This document shows, one piece after another, positions 46,620 through 59,958 of a stretch of DNA of 64,000 bases (positions are counted from its first letter, which is position 1; every line of letters begins with the position of its first letter). The DNA is from Euglena gracilis. Lineage: Eukaryota. Made by a program: the position numbers and the translations under genes. The DNA lies in assembly GCA_039621445.1 (NCBI GenBank), contig CP154954.1, positions 21,340,954 through 21,404,953 of the forward strand, in the 5' to 3' direction. The notes beneath the pieces are model-generated. The model saw nothing but the letters and a program-made list of their open reading frames with translations. It was not told the origin of the DNA and ran no database searches.

Positions 46620-49600
46620 ACGTCTGTGCAGCCCTGCACACCACCAGCACAGCCAGCATCACCCCAAATGGAACGTACCAGGAGGTGGACAGCCGCCACA
46701 CCCAGGCAATGCCGTTTGCCAGATTCATCAATGCCAAGGGGCAATTGGCTGGACCTCTGATGGGTCACTTCCATTCTTCCAAAACCACTCAACTCCAGGG
46801 TTCAATGAAGGGTCCAGACCCGCCCCCCTCCTTGCCCCCCGCCCTACCCCGCGCACCTTCCTTTCATCGAACCCGACTCCTGCGGGGCAGGGAATTTCTG
46901 AATGAAACACCTGGGGTTCCAGCTGGCCGGCTGGGAAAAGGTGTTGGCTGGAAAAAAAGATGGACCCTCTCCCCACCAGACTGCGGGGCTGGACCTGGCG
47001 GGGACCCGAAACGCCCAAATCCTGCGGGGTTGGATTTGTTCACCAAAACTTTCAAATTTTTTGAAAGAAAAAAACCCCCAAAAACCATAAAAACCACCGC
47101 TTCCAAACTGTTTTTGACCACCCAATTTCTCAAAATCTTTCGGTGCTCTGACTGAGAAAATATTTGCCCCCCGGGGCAAATATTTCATCGGGTATTGTAT
47201 CTCTCAGTTCCACTACAGCGGATTCCTACCAGTGGGGGGGGGGGCAGTGCCTGCCCGAGAGGCATGGGCCGTCTGCATGTCGATGAACCGGCTCAGGGCT
47301 TCCTCGAGGGCCGTGATGCGCGAGTCCACCACGGCCTGGAACCGCCGCTCCGCCGCCCCCACCCGGGCCTGGAGCTTGTCAAACATCCCCCCCTGGGCCG
47401 TGCCAGCGAGAGTCAGCTGAAAAGCAACCTGTTCACTGGGGGGGGGGGCAGTCATGATATGCCATGAACATGCAATTTTTTTTACCGACCCCCAGGAGGG
47501 AGGGGGGTCAAATTTTCCGCACCTTCAGCGCTTTACCTTCAGCACTTTAGTGGTTTTTTGCCGACCCCCCCCCCTGGGGTCCGGGCCAAAAAAACAGCCA
47601 GTCGCTCTGAAAAAAACCAGTCACCCACCCCCTCGGGGGGGGGGGGTCGGCCAGTGACTACGTGATTGTATGGCCATGAATATGAATGCGAAACCTTTGA
47701 AATTCCTCCCAACTGTAGTGTCTGGGCTTATTTGCAACATTTCTGGAGTTTATACCACCTCCTGATACAACACCCCCCAGAGGGGGGTCTGGCCAACATC
47801 TTTTTTCCAAAAATTGAAAACCTGACTTTCATCTCAGCTCACAGCGCCGGAGGAAACCCCCCCCTGGGGGGGTCCTAGCAGGTGGCTTTTTTGTGTCCTG
47901 CCGGCTGTCAGCACAGCTGCGATGACTTTCTTTCCACTCGACCCCGGAGGGGAGGGTCTGCAGCCTGGTTGGGAAACGGCCGGAGAAAAAAAGTGCTGGC
48001 TGGTCGGACCCCCTGGGTGTGTTGTTGGCCTCCCGGCTTCGGTAATTCCCTGTGTCAAACCCATCATTTACCAGTTTTCATTTAAGGCATGGATTGGTCA
48101 CAAAAAAACTTGTGTCGGAACCGCAAAGCCCAGAGCATGCCCTCAACGGTGGCCTCCAACACCCCCAAGCTTCCCTCCAGCTTGTGCCAGCTGTGGTGAG
48201 CAGGGCGGTCCACACAACGCAATCAAGTCACACTCCACAATAGCAGTGGGCTGAGCAACAAAAATACCTTGCAACACCTACCCTCAATTGTCTGGGAGGG
48301 CCAAGGGGGGGGGGCTTTTGGGTGTCGATTTTAGGTGCAAAAAAATATGTTGCTTCACACCAAAAAATCAAAAACCTCTTCCCTAAATTTGTTTTTTGCA
48401 TGATTATTTTAATTTGGGCTTTGGATTGGCTAATGGGCACCATCTTTGGCACCATCTTTACAAGTCATTGTAAACAGAAATGATGACTCATTATCCTCCC
48501 AGAGCCCCCTCCATTTCAATGATTTTGTGTGCGGGCTACCTCCTCCACCAAACCACTCCGTATCTCATTGTCGCACATTGTATCACGCAACCCGTTCCAT
48601 GCGATATTTTGCAGCTTTTCATGGCACCCATTCGCGTTTGGGTCGAATGGGTGCCCCCGGAGGGGAGCTTTGCTTGGACTTGGGATGAAGAGCAGCAAAA
48701 TATCGCATGGAACGGGTTGCGTGATACAATGTGCGACAGCCCGCACATGAAATCGGTAAAATGGAGGGGGCTCTGGGGAGGCTCCTCGGGTGACCAGCCT
48801 CCGAAGAGGCTCCCCATGCGGCCCCCCTGCGGGGTCGATGCAGTGGCAGTGCGCTCCAGAAGTTGGCGGTTCTCCTCCGCCAGCGCCCCGGAGTTCAGCC
48901 GCTGCAGGGCCGCGAGGCGGTGGTCGAGGTCCGCCTCCAGCATAGCGTGGAGGCGGTGCTCCAGGTGGTGGATCCACCGCACACCGCTTTGCTCCCTTGG
49001 CGACCAAGCACCAACCTCCCGGGCCGGGTTCAATATCTACATAAGCATAAGAATATAATAATATATATAGAATAATATTATAAGATTGTATTATTTCTTT
49101 TATATATTTATACATAAGAATATATAAATTCTTATATGTTATAAATTATGTATAAGAATGTAGGCAGGAGGGTTCGACCCCCCTGCAGATTGGACCCCCC
49201 TGCAGTCCTGCAGGGAATTGGGAGGACACCCCCAACTCCTGAACAGTGGCGCGGTCAGGGTGACCGAAATTCAGCCCGGAGCGAAGCACTGGGCCGAAAA
49301 AGTTTGCCCCCCAAAATCGGCCAAATCTGCCATTTGGGGCACTTTTGGGGCAAAAGAATTGCTTAAAATACCAAAAAATTTTCTGTGGAAAGTGCCGGCA
49401 GAAAAAAAAAAGACCTTTTGGGGGAGGGGTCGGGTATCCCTCCTGGGGTCGGACCTGGCAGGTGGGGCACGTGGGCAAGCACCTCTGGTCATCCATGCCC
49501 CTAGGCCCAGCATCGCCCAGCATCGCCCAGCATCGCCCAGCATCGCCCAGCATCGCCTTTGGAGCCCTTCAAGGTGTACCTTTTATGCCTGCTGCTTTTG

Positions 49601-52600
49601 CCGCTCTCGCCCACTTTTGGCTACTTTTAGCTATCTTTGGTTGCTTTTTGACCACTGTGACTGCTTTTTGAACACTTTTGCCCACATTTGCTGCCTTTTG
49701 ACCAATTTTGACTGCTTCTTGACCACTTTTACCGCTTTTTGCCCTCTTTTGCCCATTTCCAACCACCTTTGCGGCTTTTTGATCACTTTTGCTGCTTTTT
49801 GACCACTTTTGACCACTTTTGCCTGCTTTTTGACCACTTTTGACAACTTTTGCTGCTTTTTGGCCACTTTTGCCCACTTTGGCCATTGTTGCTGCTTTTT
49901 GATCGCTTTTGCTACTTTTTGACCACTTTTGTTGCTGTTTGACCACCTTTGCCCACTTTTGCCTGCTTCTTGACCATTTTTGCTGCTTTCTAACCACTTT
50001 TGCCCCACTTTTGTCTGCTTTTGACCACTTTTTGACCACTTTTGCTGCTTTTTGCCAGCACAAGATGTGGTGTGCAGGCCTGTGAGATGGCAACATCGAG
50101 TGCAAGTTGCAAGCCTCTTGCCGGTCAGACAAACGGAGACCAAAACAGTTGTTGTGCTGGAGGGTGGAGGGTGGCACCCCTGCAACAGCAACGGGGTGTC
50201 GACCCAACACCCCGCCCAGACCAGGCTGGATCTGCGGCGAGTGTAAGTGTTCAGAGGTTATACCAACAACAATCAAGGAAGGACACAGCAAAATGGCGTT
50301 GTTCAGCATCTGCACCTTGTCCACCATCTGCATCTTGTCCAGCATCTGCACCTTGTCCAGCATCGGCATGTTGTCCACCATCTACATCTTGTCCAGCATT
50401 GGCATCTTCTCAGTATCTGCAACATTGTCTGGTGTCTGCATCCACTTCATCTTGTCCAGTATCTGCTTCTTGTCCAGCATCTGCATCTTGTCCAGCATCT
50501 GCATGTTGTCCAGCATTTGCATCTTGTCCAGCATCTGCACCTTGTACAGCGTCGGCACCTTGTCCAGCATCGGCATCTTATCAGTATCTGCATCTTGTCC
50601 ACCATCTGCATGTTGTCCAGTATCTGCATCTTGTCCAGCGTCGGCATCTTGTCTGGTATGTGCATCTTGTCCAACGCCTGTCCGGCATCTGCATCTTGTC
50701 CAGAGTCTGTTCCAGTATTCATCCAATGGCACCCAACCTATCCAAAATAACCATAAAAGCCCAAAAATGACCACAAAAACCCAAAATTGACCACAAAAAG
50801 CCCCCCAAAAGCAACCAAAATGACCCAAAATGCTTCAAATGACCAAAAAAATGCCCAAAAACACCAAAAGATTGTGAAAAATGACCCAAAATCACCACAA
50901 AGGCACCAAATGGCCCAAAATGCCATAAAATGCGCTCACATTGACCTAAATTAGCCTAATATTTGCCAACACAGTGACAAATAACCCCCAAATTAGCAAA
51001 AATTGATCCATAATGGCCAAAATGGGTGTAAGACTGGAGAATTGTGGGGAAATTATCCCAGAAATAGGTTTAATTCTTCAAAATGTACAAAAAAATGCCA
51101 GCATCGCCCAGCATCGCCCTGCATCGCCCAGCATCGCCCAGCATCGGAACCCCACCTCTGGTCTCCAAAATTCCAGCATCGCCCAGCATCGCCCAGCATC
51201 ATCAGAGGTGCTTGCACGTGGGGGGGGGGGGGTCCGCAGGCCTTTTTTGAAGGTGCCTTAAAAAAAATCCTTAAACCTTAAACCGCCTCCAAATCCAGGA
51301 AGGAAAAAAAAATGGTTTCTGGCATCGCTGGATCATTGTCCATCCAACCAAAACTCCAAAAAATGCATTTTTGACTTTTTAAAATGCCTCAAAATTTGGG
51401 AAAAAAATTAGCCTGAAAAATAACAATCATGATCCCTGGTGGTCTGGACCCCTTCCGGTCCAGGAGGAACACCCTCCCCACTCTGACCCGTACACCGTCC
51501 ATGTATCAAATCCTGGGGTGAGGTTTGTTTTGAGATCTACAGAGCAACCCCCCCAGAAAACCTTCAAAAAACAACATTTTGTCCACGTTTGAGCCCTTTC
51601 TGCCAAAAGAATTTGTTGAGTCGTACCAATGTTTTTTTCAGCTCCCGATTGCACTGGGCTGGCCCAAACTTTATTCCAGCGGATCCTGGAGGGGGGGGGG
51701 GTCGGCAGTCTGGCTGGGAGCTGCTGATTGGGAAAAAAAGGTGCTGGGCTGACCCCACCCCTGTGGTCACCTCCGGATTAAGAAAACCCCTCGTTCTCGC
51801 TCTGGGGTAAAAAAAAGCCCAGAGAAAAAAATTGGAGGGCTTTTCAAAGACATGAAATTTTGGATATCCGTGGGACAAAAGCAGGAATTATGACTGTCAA
51901 ATTGAATTGGAAATCAAATCAGGAGGTGCCAACACAAGAATATGAGTTTTCAGGTCCCAAACGGAATCACCTCCAAAATGGCACCATTTTGCCAAATGAT
52001 GGAGAAAACGGTGAAATTTTTGGGGGGGAAATGTAGTGCTAATTTTGGAGGCCAATATTGAAAATACGGGGGGGGGGGTGGCGGAATTTCCTTTTGCCAA
52101 TTCGTTCACCCCAATTTTGTGCGCCTCTGATTTCCTCCCTACAGAGGGGGCTCCGGGGGAACCCACTTCAGGGGGGTCAATTTTCGGACCAAACCCCGAA
52201 AGTCGTAAAATCAGCCAGTCGGTGAAACAAAAAGAAAACCCCCACGGGGGGTTTGCATTTGACCCCCGAAGGGGGGTTGGGCCCAGGGCTGTATGGGAAG
52301 GCCGGGTGGGGGGTGGTTGACCCCCACCAGGGGTTTTTTTAAGCCCGGGGGGGAGAGGGGGTCCCCCCCACCCCCCCCCCCCCCGGGGGCCCCCCGGGGG
52401 GGGGGGGGCCCCGGGGGACCCAAAAAAAATGGCCGAAAATCGCGAAAAGTGACAAAAATAGCACTTTTTCAAGAATTTTCGGCACCTTCGGTGCCGAAAA
52501 GTATATATCCCACCCCCCTCGGGGGGACCCGGACCCCCCCAGGGGGGGGGGGCGGCTCGGCCGGACCCCCCCCCCCCACCCCCCCCCCCGGGGGTCCACG

Positions 52601-53340
52601 ACTAAAAAAAACCCCTGCCCCCCCACCCACAGGGTTGCGTGGATTCCCGTACAGCCAGGGGTTTTTTAAGACCGGGGGGCCACCCCCTGGGGGGGTCCCA
52701 GGGGACCCACAAAAAATGGCCGAAAAATCGCGAAAAGTGCTAAAAATAGCATTTTTCGGCGCCTTCTGCACCGAAAAGTATATCCCACCCCCTCCGGGGG
52801 ACCCCCCCCCCAGGGGGGCTCGGCCGGACCCACCCACCCTCCCCCCCCCCGGGGTCCACGACTAAAAAAAACCCCTGCATACAGCCCTGGTCAGGCCTCC
52901 GGGCAAACCGCGGAGCAAAAGTATGGTCCGTTGCCGGGAGACCCGCTCCTCCTGCTGCACCTCCGTCAACATCCGTCCCACCCAGGGAATGTCTCAAGCC
53001 CCCCCCCCCAGAGGGGAGGAACCCAGCCGGCTGGAAGGTCCTGGTCAGAAAAAAGGTGCTGGCTGGACCGCCCTAGGGGGGCGGGGGATCTGCCTGGGCT
53101 GGACCTGGAGGGAACCCCAAAAACCATCAAGAAAGCCTAAATCCAGCTGGGTTGGATCCTTTTCAGCCACATTTTGAGGATTCAAAAAACAACCAAACCT
53201 GGACATGTTTGGCCATTTCGGACCCCTTTTTTTTAAAATTTTCGGTTTTTTTTTCTTCGTCCAGCCTGGCTTTAGCAGCTGCGAAAACTTTACTACTGCT
53301 TGAACCTGGTGGTCCGCAGCGCGGCTGGGAGGTGCTGCCT
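46620..53340 (-). CDS. Probable multi-exon gene for a coiled-coil (possibly membrane-anchored) protein; candidate exons ~53270-53340, ~52905-52985, ~48800-48995, ~47270-47430, ~46620-46750
   Basis: GC-rich exon-like islands encode MLTEVQQEERVSRQRTILLLR, WIHHLEHRLHAMLEADLDHRLAALQRLN..LLER, MFDKLQARVGAAERRFQAVVDSRITALEEALSRF and a hydrophobic stretch WYVPFGVMLAVLVVC. Junctions are not resolved. Confidence 0.45.
47484..47670. mobile_element. MITE-like dispersed repeat (related copy at ~53925-54222)
   Basis: Shared core TCAG..GTGGTTTTTTGCCGACCCCC..GGTCCGGGCCAAA..CCAGTC..CTCTGAA.AAACCAGTCACCC..GGGGTCGGCCAGTGACT, with ACCGACCCC/GGGGTCGG inverted ends. Confidence 0.6.
48496..48780. repeat. Long inverted repeat (hairpin)
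   Basis: Perfect 44-bp arms at 48569-48612 and 48695-48738, plus imperfect ~42-bp outer arms. Confidence 0.9.
49505..51200. repeat. Composite tandem-repeat block: (GCATCGCCCA)n, ~10-bp GACCACTTTT/GCTGCTTTT array (~49590-50055), 18-bp CATCTGCATCTTGTCCAG array (~50300-50715), AAAATGACCC-like array
   Basis: Directly visible tandem units. Confidence 0.9.
52328..52617. mobile_element. hAT-like MITE (same family as 44879-45079)
   Basis: CAGGGG(T)n...(A)nCCCCTG termini with C-rich flanking duplication. Confidence 0.7.
52656..52877. mobile_element. hAT-like MITE (same family)
   Basis: CAGGGG(T)n...(A)nCCCCTG termini with 8-bp TSD CGTACAGC/CATACAGC. Confidence 0.75.
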
Positions 53341-56300
53341 GGAAAAAAAAAAGCTTGCTGGCTGGATCCCCGGGGGGGGGGGGGGTGGGGGGGCGAGATG
53401 GGGGGTCCAGCCTGAGAGATTCCCTGGCCCCACCTCCTCCTGGATTGGCCACGGGGCTTTGTTGTGACAAAAGGGTCGTCTAACGCTTCCCCAAAAAGTT
53501 TTTGGTGCTTTGCACCGGAACCAAAATCAACTTTCAGTAACCTTGGAAACCAAGGCCCCGCATCAATTTGACCAGAGATCAATTTGAAAAAAAAATGAAG
53601 ATTTCCATTCATCGGGACCAAACACCAATAGGAGCCATTTTTTCCATTCCACTCAACAAAGTCCCAAATCCAATGAAATGATGCTCCCAATGGTTGATGA
53701 GGCTTTGTTCTGGAGTCTCTGACGGAAAAAATCCACTGGAGTGCAAGAAAACACAACATTGAAAATCATTTGAGGGACAACAAACCAGAATTCTTTTTAA
53801 CAACCCGACAGGGGAGATTGTGCTATGAGGTGCCTGGACATTCACAGATGGGTATGTATTATTGAAAATAATAACAATAATAATAATAATAATCGGCCGT
53901 CCTTTCCATACTTTCTTACCGACCCCCCCCCCAGGGGGAGGGGGGTCACTCCACTCTTTGAAAAACCTTTTTGGGGGAAACCAGTCAGTCACTACCCCCG
54001 GGGTCGGCCATGGAATCCAAAGGAAATTTGACCAAGAACATGAAAAAAAAGACAAAAAATTCCGGCATCTTCGGCGCCGGATCACTTCAGTGGTTTTTTG
54101 CCGACCCCCCCCCCGCCCCGGGGGGGAGGGGGGAGGGGGTCCGGGCCAAAGACCAGTCAGTCACTCTGAAGAAACCAGTCACCCCCGGGGTGGGGGGGTC
54201 GGCCAGTGACTGAGTGATTGTATGGTCCTTTCTGTCGCATGACGGAAATCCCCAAAAATTGGAGAGGAGAGATCACACAGGGAAGAATTCACTCAACACC
54301 AATTTACAAAAATAAATTGGGTTGTGACCGTTGCATTTGCATTGCGAACACAATCCTGTCCTTGCAAAGAAGATATTTTCTTGAGATCCCATCATACACC
54401 AAGCCCCTCACCCCTCCCCAGGTCAACAACTTTTCCAAAATCTGTTGCACTATGGATATTTCCCACACAGGGGTTCATGCCCACGATGCAAAGTATGGAA
54501 AGGCCCCGCAGCATGCAAAAAATCATCTGCTGTGACCATGGCCACATCGTGCGTGTCCGCCTTCGGCCCAGAACAGGCCATTTCTGTATGAAACTTCATA
54601 TCAACTTCCAGCAAAAAAAAAGTCCAAAAAGAGTCCAGCTGATGGATTGAGGAACAGCCCGGTCCTGATATTGCCAGCAGCCCCACATGTGCAGCAGCCA
54701 GCCAACCCGCTGGCAGTGTGAAATCCTCATGTGTATGCACGAGGGCACAAGGCTGATACACACCCCGGCTCCAGGGGTCAACCTCTACAAGGGCGTGTTT
54801 CCAGGGCTGCCTTGGGCAATTGCAATTGGACTTGACAGTTGGCTGTTGCAATCGACCGGTGCAAAACTGGACCCCGACATTTGGGCACCTCGGGAGCAGA
54901 TTTTTGCTGAAGGACCTGGGGGGTCCACCGTCTAGACACTAGAGAAAAAAGCCACTGGCTTGGTCCAGGGGGCTCCCAACTGGATAAAAATTTCGGCCCT
55001 GCACGCCACGGTGGAAATGAGGTTTTACAACTGTTTTGGCTGATTTCGTTCCCAAAAAAAAATACCAAACATGGCCAAAAACGAGCATTGTGGCAGGCAT
55101 CAGGGCCCTCAAAAAAATTCGGCACTTCATGCTGGTCACTGGCAGGCTATTGCTCAAAGACCGGGGGGGGGAGGTGCACTGGCTCGCCAGTTTGCGTGAT
55201 AATGGATAAAAGGGACCAGCTTGACCCCCTCCCCAGAGCAGAACGGGAAGGCCTGGTGGGGGGGGTGGTCCCCCTCCCCCCATCAGGGTGTTGGGGTGGT
55301 GGGTCGACCCACCCCCCCACCCGCCACAGCATTTTCATCAATTTCGGCCAACGGGGACGTTGCCCGGGGGAAATTTTTGAATTTTTTTTTGAAAAACGAA
55401 CCCAAAATACATGATTTTTTTTATGGAAAACCACATTTTTCACAAAAAAAATCTCAAAATTTTCAGGTTGAAAATTGGTAGTTTTTAGGAGGGGGTTAAA
55501 AAAAAACAAAGCTCAAAAAAATGAACAAAATTTTGGCACAATCCAATTTTACTGAGATTTTTTCTCTTGGAATTTTTTTTGATTTTCAATGGCTTTTTTT
55601 GCATCAAAAACCGCTCACAAGGTTGGGTTTTGTTTTTGTATTTTTGGGGGGGTCCCAAAATCGACCCAAAAATTTTGGGGGGGTACACAAAAATCAAAAT
55701 TTTGGGTCTCCATTGACGATGAGAGAAAACCACGGGAAACAATGGTCAACATCCGCAAAGTCACAAAGGGGCTGTCGCTCAGAGTTGTCCTGAACACTCC
55801 CTGTCTGCTTGAAACAGTTTCTGGCGTTTTTTTCTTCCATAGTCAGACCTTCCCCCACCCAGTTAGTCCAGTTAGTTTAGTTAGTACAGTTTTGGATCCT
55901 GAAATTTTTTTGGGGCCACAAGGCAGGCCTTTCAAAATGCCCCAAAACGCAAATTTTCTGTTCAAGACATGTAAAAACCCCCCAAACTGAAAATAATAGT
56001 CTGGATTCCAACGATCACCCCTTATCAGAATCCACAATTTTGTTGTACTATCCCCCCCGGTGTATAAACACCGGCCTTGTATAAGCACTGCCCCCCCCCC
56101 CGGTGCGCTTCCATCCTTTTGGACGTGTTGGACAGGAATCCTGCATTGCACGTGGGGGTCGGTGGTTCGATTCCGGCTGCAGCCCCAGGGATTATTTAAG
56201 GCCGCACCCCCGGCGGGGGGGGGGGGTTGGGGTGGGTCCGGCCGGACCCCCCCCCCGGGGGCCCAGAGGGGGGGGGGGTGAGATATACTTTTTGGCGCCG

Positions 56301-57916
56301 CAGGCGCAGAAAATTTTTAAAAAATGGCTTTTCTTGGCCAAAATCAGCCTTTTTTTAGGTGGTTAAGGGTTAAGGGTTAAATTTTTCAAAGAGGGGGTCC
56401 CAAAAATACAAATTTTTGGTGTTTTTGGGGGGGTACCCAAAAAACAAAATTTTGGGGGGGGGACCCAAAACCCAAAACCCAACCTTGCCGCTCAAAATCA
56501 AAATTTTGAGAAAATGTTGATATTTTGGAAGGTGTGAAAAAAATGGGGTTTTGGGGGGACCTCGTGTATGGGTCCCAAAATGGGTCCCAAAAAAACACCC
56601 AGTGCCGAAGGCGCCGGGAAGAGGTGGTGGGGGGGGGCGACCCCCCCCCACCCACCATGCAGGGGGTGGGGGGGGGTGACCCCCCCACACACCACCCTAG
56701 CCGCGAGGACGTTTCCCGTGCTGCCCTGCCCCTCCCCCCCGGGGGGGTTGTATGGGAAGAGGAATGAAGGGGGGAGTCAGACCATTGACCCCCACCACCT
56801 GCCTCAATACAAACAGGCTTCCCAAAAAAAATACAAAAAAACACAAAAAAATGCAAGTAGCATGTGGAGAGGACTTGGAGAGGAGCTTTCAGCTCCATCA
56901 GGAAATTTTTTCATTTGCATAAAAATAAGCATTTTGTTGACCAAAAAATGCAAAAAAAAATGGCAAAGAATTGACAAAATTTTGATCTCATGGGAAATCA
57001 GGGCCAAAACGAGGAATTTTTCAAAGTGGAAATTTTTTCCAGCAAAAATCCAAAAATCGCCAGAAAAAAACGCATTAAGCCACCTGAGGCTATGCGCAGT
57101 TTGGATATTTATTTGAAGTCGGAATGATTTCCCAGCAGAAGTTGCCAAATTTTGTCAAAATTTTAAAATTGGCAAAATTTGGCAAATCTGCAACAAAAAA
57201 AACAAAAAGCACCTGGGCCCTTATGAACCGTTCAAGGAATGGCCGGAACTCATTTCGTCTTTCAGGTTCATGCGGAAAAATTGCAGAAAGGGAGGAAACT
57301 GTGGGGAAATTGCGGGAAACTCGCGGGAAAATTGCCGAATATTGCAGAAAATTGTGGAAAACGGAAAAGGCGGGAAAATTGCGCACATCAATTTCCCCCT
57401 GCAAATGTCCCCATGTATTTAGGGACATAAAAGCATCTGATAGGGTGGGGTGAGAAATATTTTTGCCACTGTGTGTTTAAAAATCACTCTCAAACAAGAT
57501 CCAATTAAGGCGTCGCTTAGCGACTCCTGGAGAGAAGTTCCAGCTCGAGGCTGGAAATTTTGCTCAAGCCAGCCCTGTGTGGGAGGCCAAGATGGCCAGC
57601 TTGACTGATGCCCACCGCACAACGTTGAATCCTTCTTGGTTGATAGCACGAATCAAAAACAGGTCATTGCTGTCATTCATGCCCCCCCCCCCCCCGACCC
57701 ATGAAACTTAGACCGCAAAAGACAATTTTGCTGAAAATCCCGTCTGGGAGAACTGATTGAAAAAAAAATCACAGTAAATGCTGAAATATGAAAAAAAATC
57801 TATTGGCAGGTACGCCACAGGCTGTGTGCAGTGGGAAGAAATGCAACATGGACCCCCAAAGCAAAAAAAAATTGAATGAAATTCTGGCTTTTGGAAGAAG
57901 TTCCAGAGACTTATGA

Positions 57917-58169
57917 GGCAGCCTCCAACTAAAGGGACCCCCCCCGGGGGGCCTTTAATTGGATCAGGGGGAGGCAATTTTTTTTGTGTTATTGAAGGAA
58001 TAGGGTTAGGGGTACGACTTAGGGTTAGGGTGAGGCCTAATTTACAGATTAGTGTACAAGTTAGGCCGAATTTGTAAACCTGACCTCACTCCATCAGTAA
58101 CGCAAAAAAAAATTGCCGCCCCCCTGATCCAACTAAAAGCCCCCCCGGGGGGTCCCTTTGGAGGCTGCC
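57917..58169. mobile_element. Foldback/MITE-like element with ~65-bp imperfect terminal inverted repeats
   Basis: GGCAGCCTCCAA..GGATCAGGGGG.GGCAATTTTTTT mirrored by AAAAAAATTGCC.CCCCCTGATCC..TTGGAGGCTGCC. Confidence 0.65.
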
Positions 58170-59958
58170 ACTTATGACTAGGTGCATTACTGCTCCAGAG
58201 CAGACCACCAGCGGGAAGAAGTTATAGCTAACCTTAAAATTTTCCGCCTCCCGGCCAGGAACCTTTCGCCACCCAATCCCGCGACTTTTCCATACATTTT
58301 TGCAACTTGACCTGGTTTACTTTGGCATTGATCCCCGTCATTTTCGCCACATCTGGCCGTCACTCCCGGGACCCTTGGCAGTTGAAAATGGGGCACACCT
58401 TAAAGGCACTGGTGCTGCAATTCATGGGGGGGGGACCCACTTCGGTTCTCCAAAAATGGTCAAAAATCGCGAAAATGCTAAAAATAGCACCCCTTTCAAA
58501 AATTTTCGGCGCCTTTGTGGCCGACAAGCACATCCCACCTCCCTCCCCCTGGGGGGGGGGGGGGCTGGGCCAGACCCACCCTACCCCGCCGGCGGTCCAA
58601 GACTTTAAAAAAAACCCTGGCATTCAGCAAATTGTGGTCACTCTCAACTAAGGTTGGACGACTGTTCGTTCAACCTCGTGAACGAATAAAACCGATTAAT
58701 CTCCCCTATCCGACGAATAGTCGACTATTTTCACCCTTCGAGTTTTCTCTGCTCCATTCCACTCTGTAAATAATACAACAAAAATGGTGAATAGATATAT
58801 TTGTTAAATTATATACCAGGTCGTATAACATTCATCGTTTACATTAAAACCTATTTTCTGGGCCCGACGCCTGTCTTGTTTGATTTTAGACACCTGTCCA
58901 AAATGATGGATCTATACCTATACCTATTTTACCTATTTTATTATAATACTACACCTAACGCCCGTTTCTTTCGCACTCCACACCGTATTTATTTGCACTT
59001 TTGGTCAATATTTTTGCACCTTATCTCAAAAATGTTTGCACCTGTTAAAAATTTGTTCGCACGTTATCTCAAAAATGTTTGCCACTTTATCTCAAAAATA
59101 TTTGCCTACGTTCCGAAAATTTTTGCACACGGATCGGGTGTTTTGCACTTTTGCCCTTAAGTCCGCGTCTTAGGTGCAGGGACTCAGGACAGGCTTTGCA
59201 TCTAAGACATCTAATGAGGTCTGTGTCTTGAGACGGAGACCATCCAAAGTGCTGCGTCTTGAATAATGATTTTGTTGGAACCCCCCAAAATCGACCAAAA
59301 TGGGTCAGAAAGCGTTTGATTTTATTACCCATTTTACTATATTCATTAACTAAGAATTATTTCATACAAAAATCGACTGCCACTGGGGTGAAAGGGTGCA
59401 TGCCCCTAGCAGGCACAACCCCGGGGGGGGGGGGTCCGGGGGGCCCAGAAAATTTTCATTGAAAATGGTCTTTTTCGGGCCCCCGGCGCCTTTGGCACCA
59501 GACCCCCCAAAAACCCGACCCCCCCCCCCCCCCGGCGGTGGGGGTTCGGATGGGGTGCTCTTGGGTGCCCGCCCCTCCGTGGGGTAGGCACCCGACTGAA
59601 GAAAAAAAAAGCCTGCCCCCCACAAAGTGTCCCCCCCCCCCGGCCACTTTGAGGGGGAGTGAGGGTATATGTGCACTTTTCTTTTCTTTTTGAGGACTGT
59701 CTTGAAACCCATTTATTTGGAACGGCGCCCATGCTAGAACCTGTTAATGTCAGTCGATTTGCAAGACAGGCGCCGGGCCCTGGAAATAGGGTTTAAGTTT
59801 TTTATTTAATAATTTTCATACATTAATGAAAATAGAATACCATACATTATTATTAGGACCAATTCTATGGTCTTTTTTATTACATATGAATTGTTAAGTT
59901 TTGTTACATATATATACATAGATATATTTATATATTTATAAAATACACACACATATAT

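Noticed and set aside
50300-50715. Regular 18-bp repeats resembling a CRISPR array or repeat protein
   Set aside because: The units are head-to-tail with no unique spacers and no cas genes, in a eukaryotic context. The open frames follow from a stop-free unit whose length is a multiple of 3.
54220-54935. Cys/His-containing fragments suggesting a decayed transposase
   Set aside because: Multiple stops and no diagnostic catalytic motif that I can identify.
58000-58035. TTAGGG telomere-like repeats (also TTAAGGG near 56362-56380)
   Set aside because: Only a few degenerate units, inside MITE-like sequence; not a telomere.
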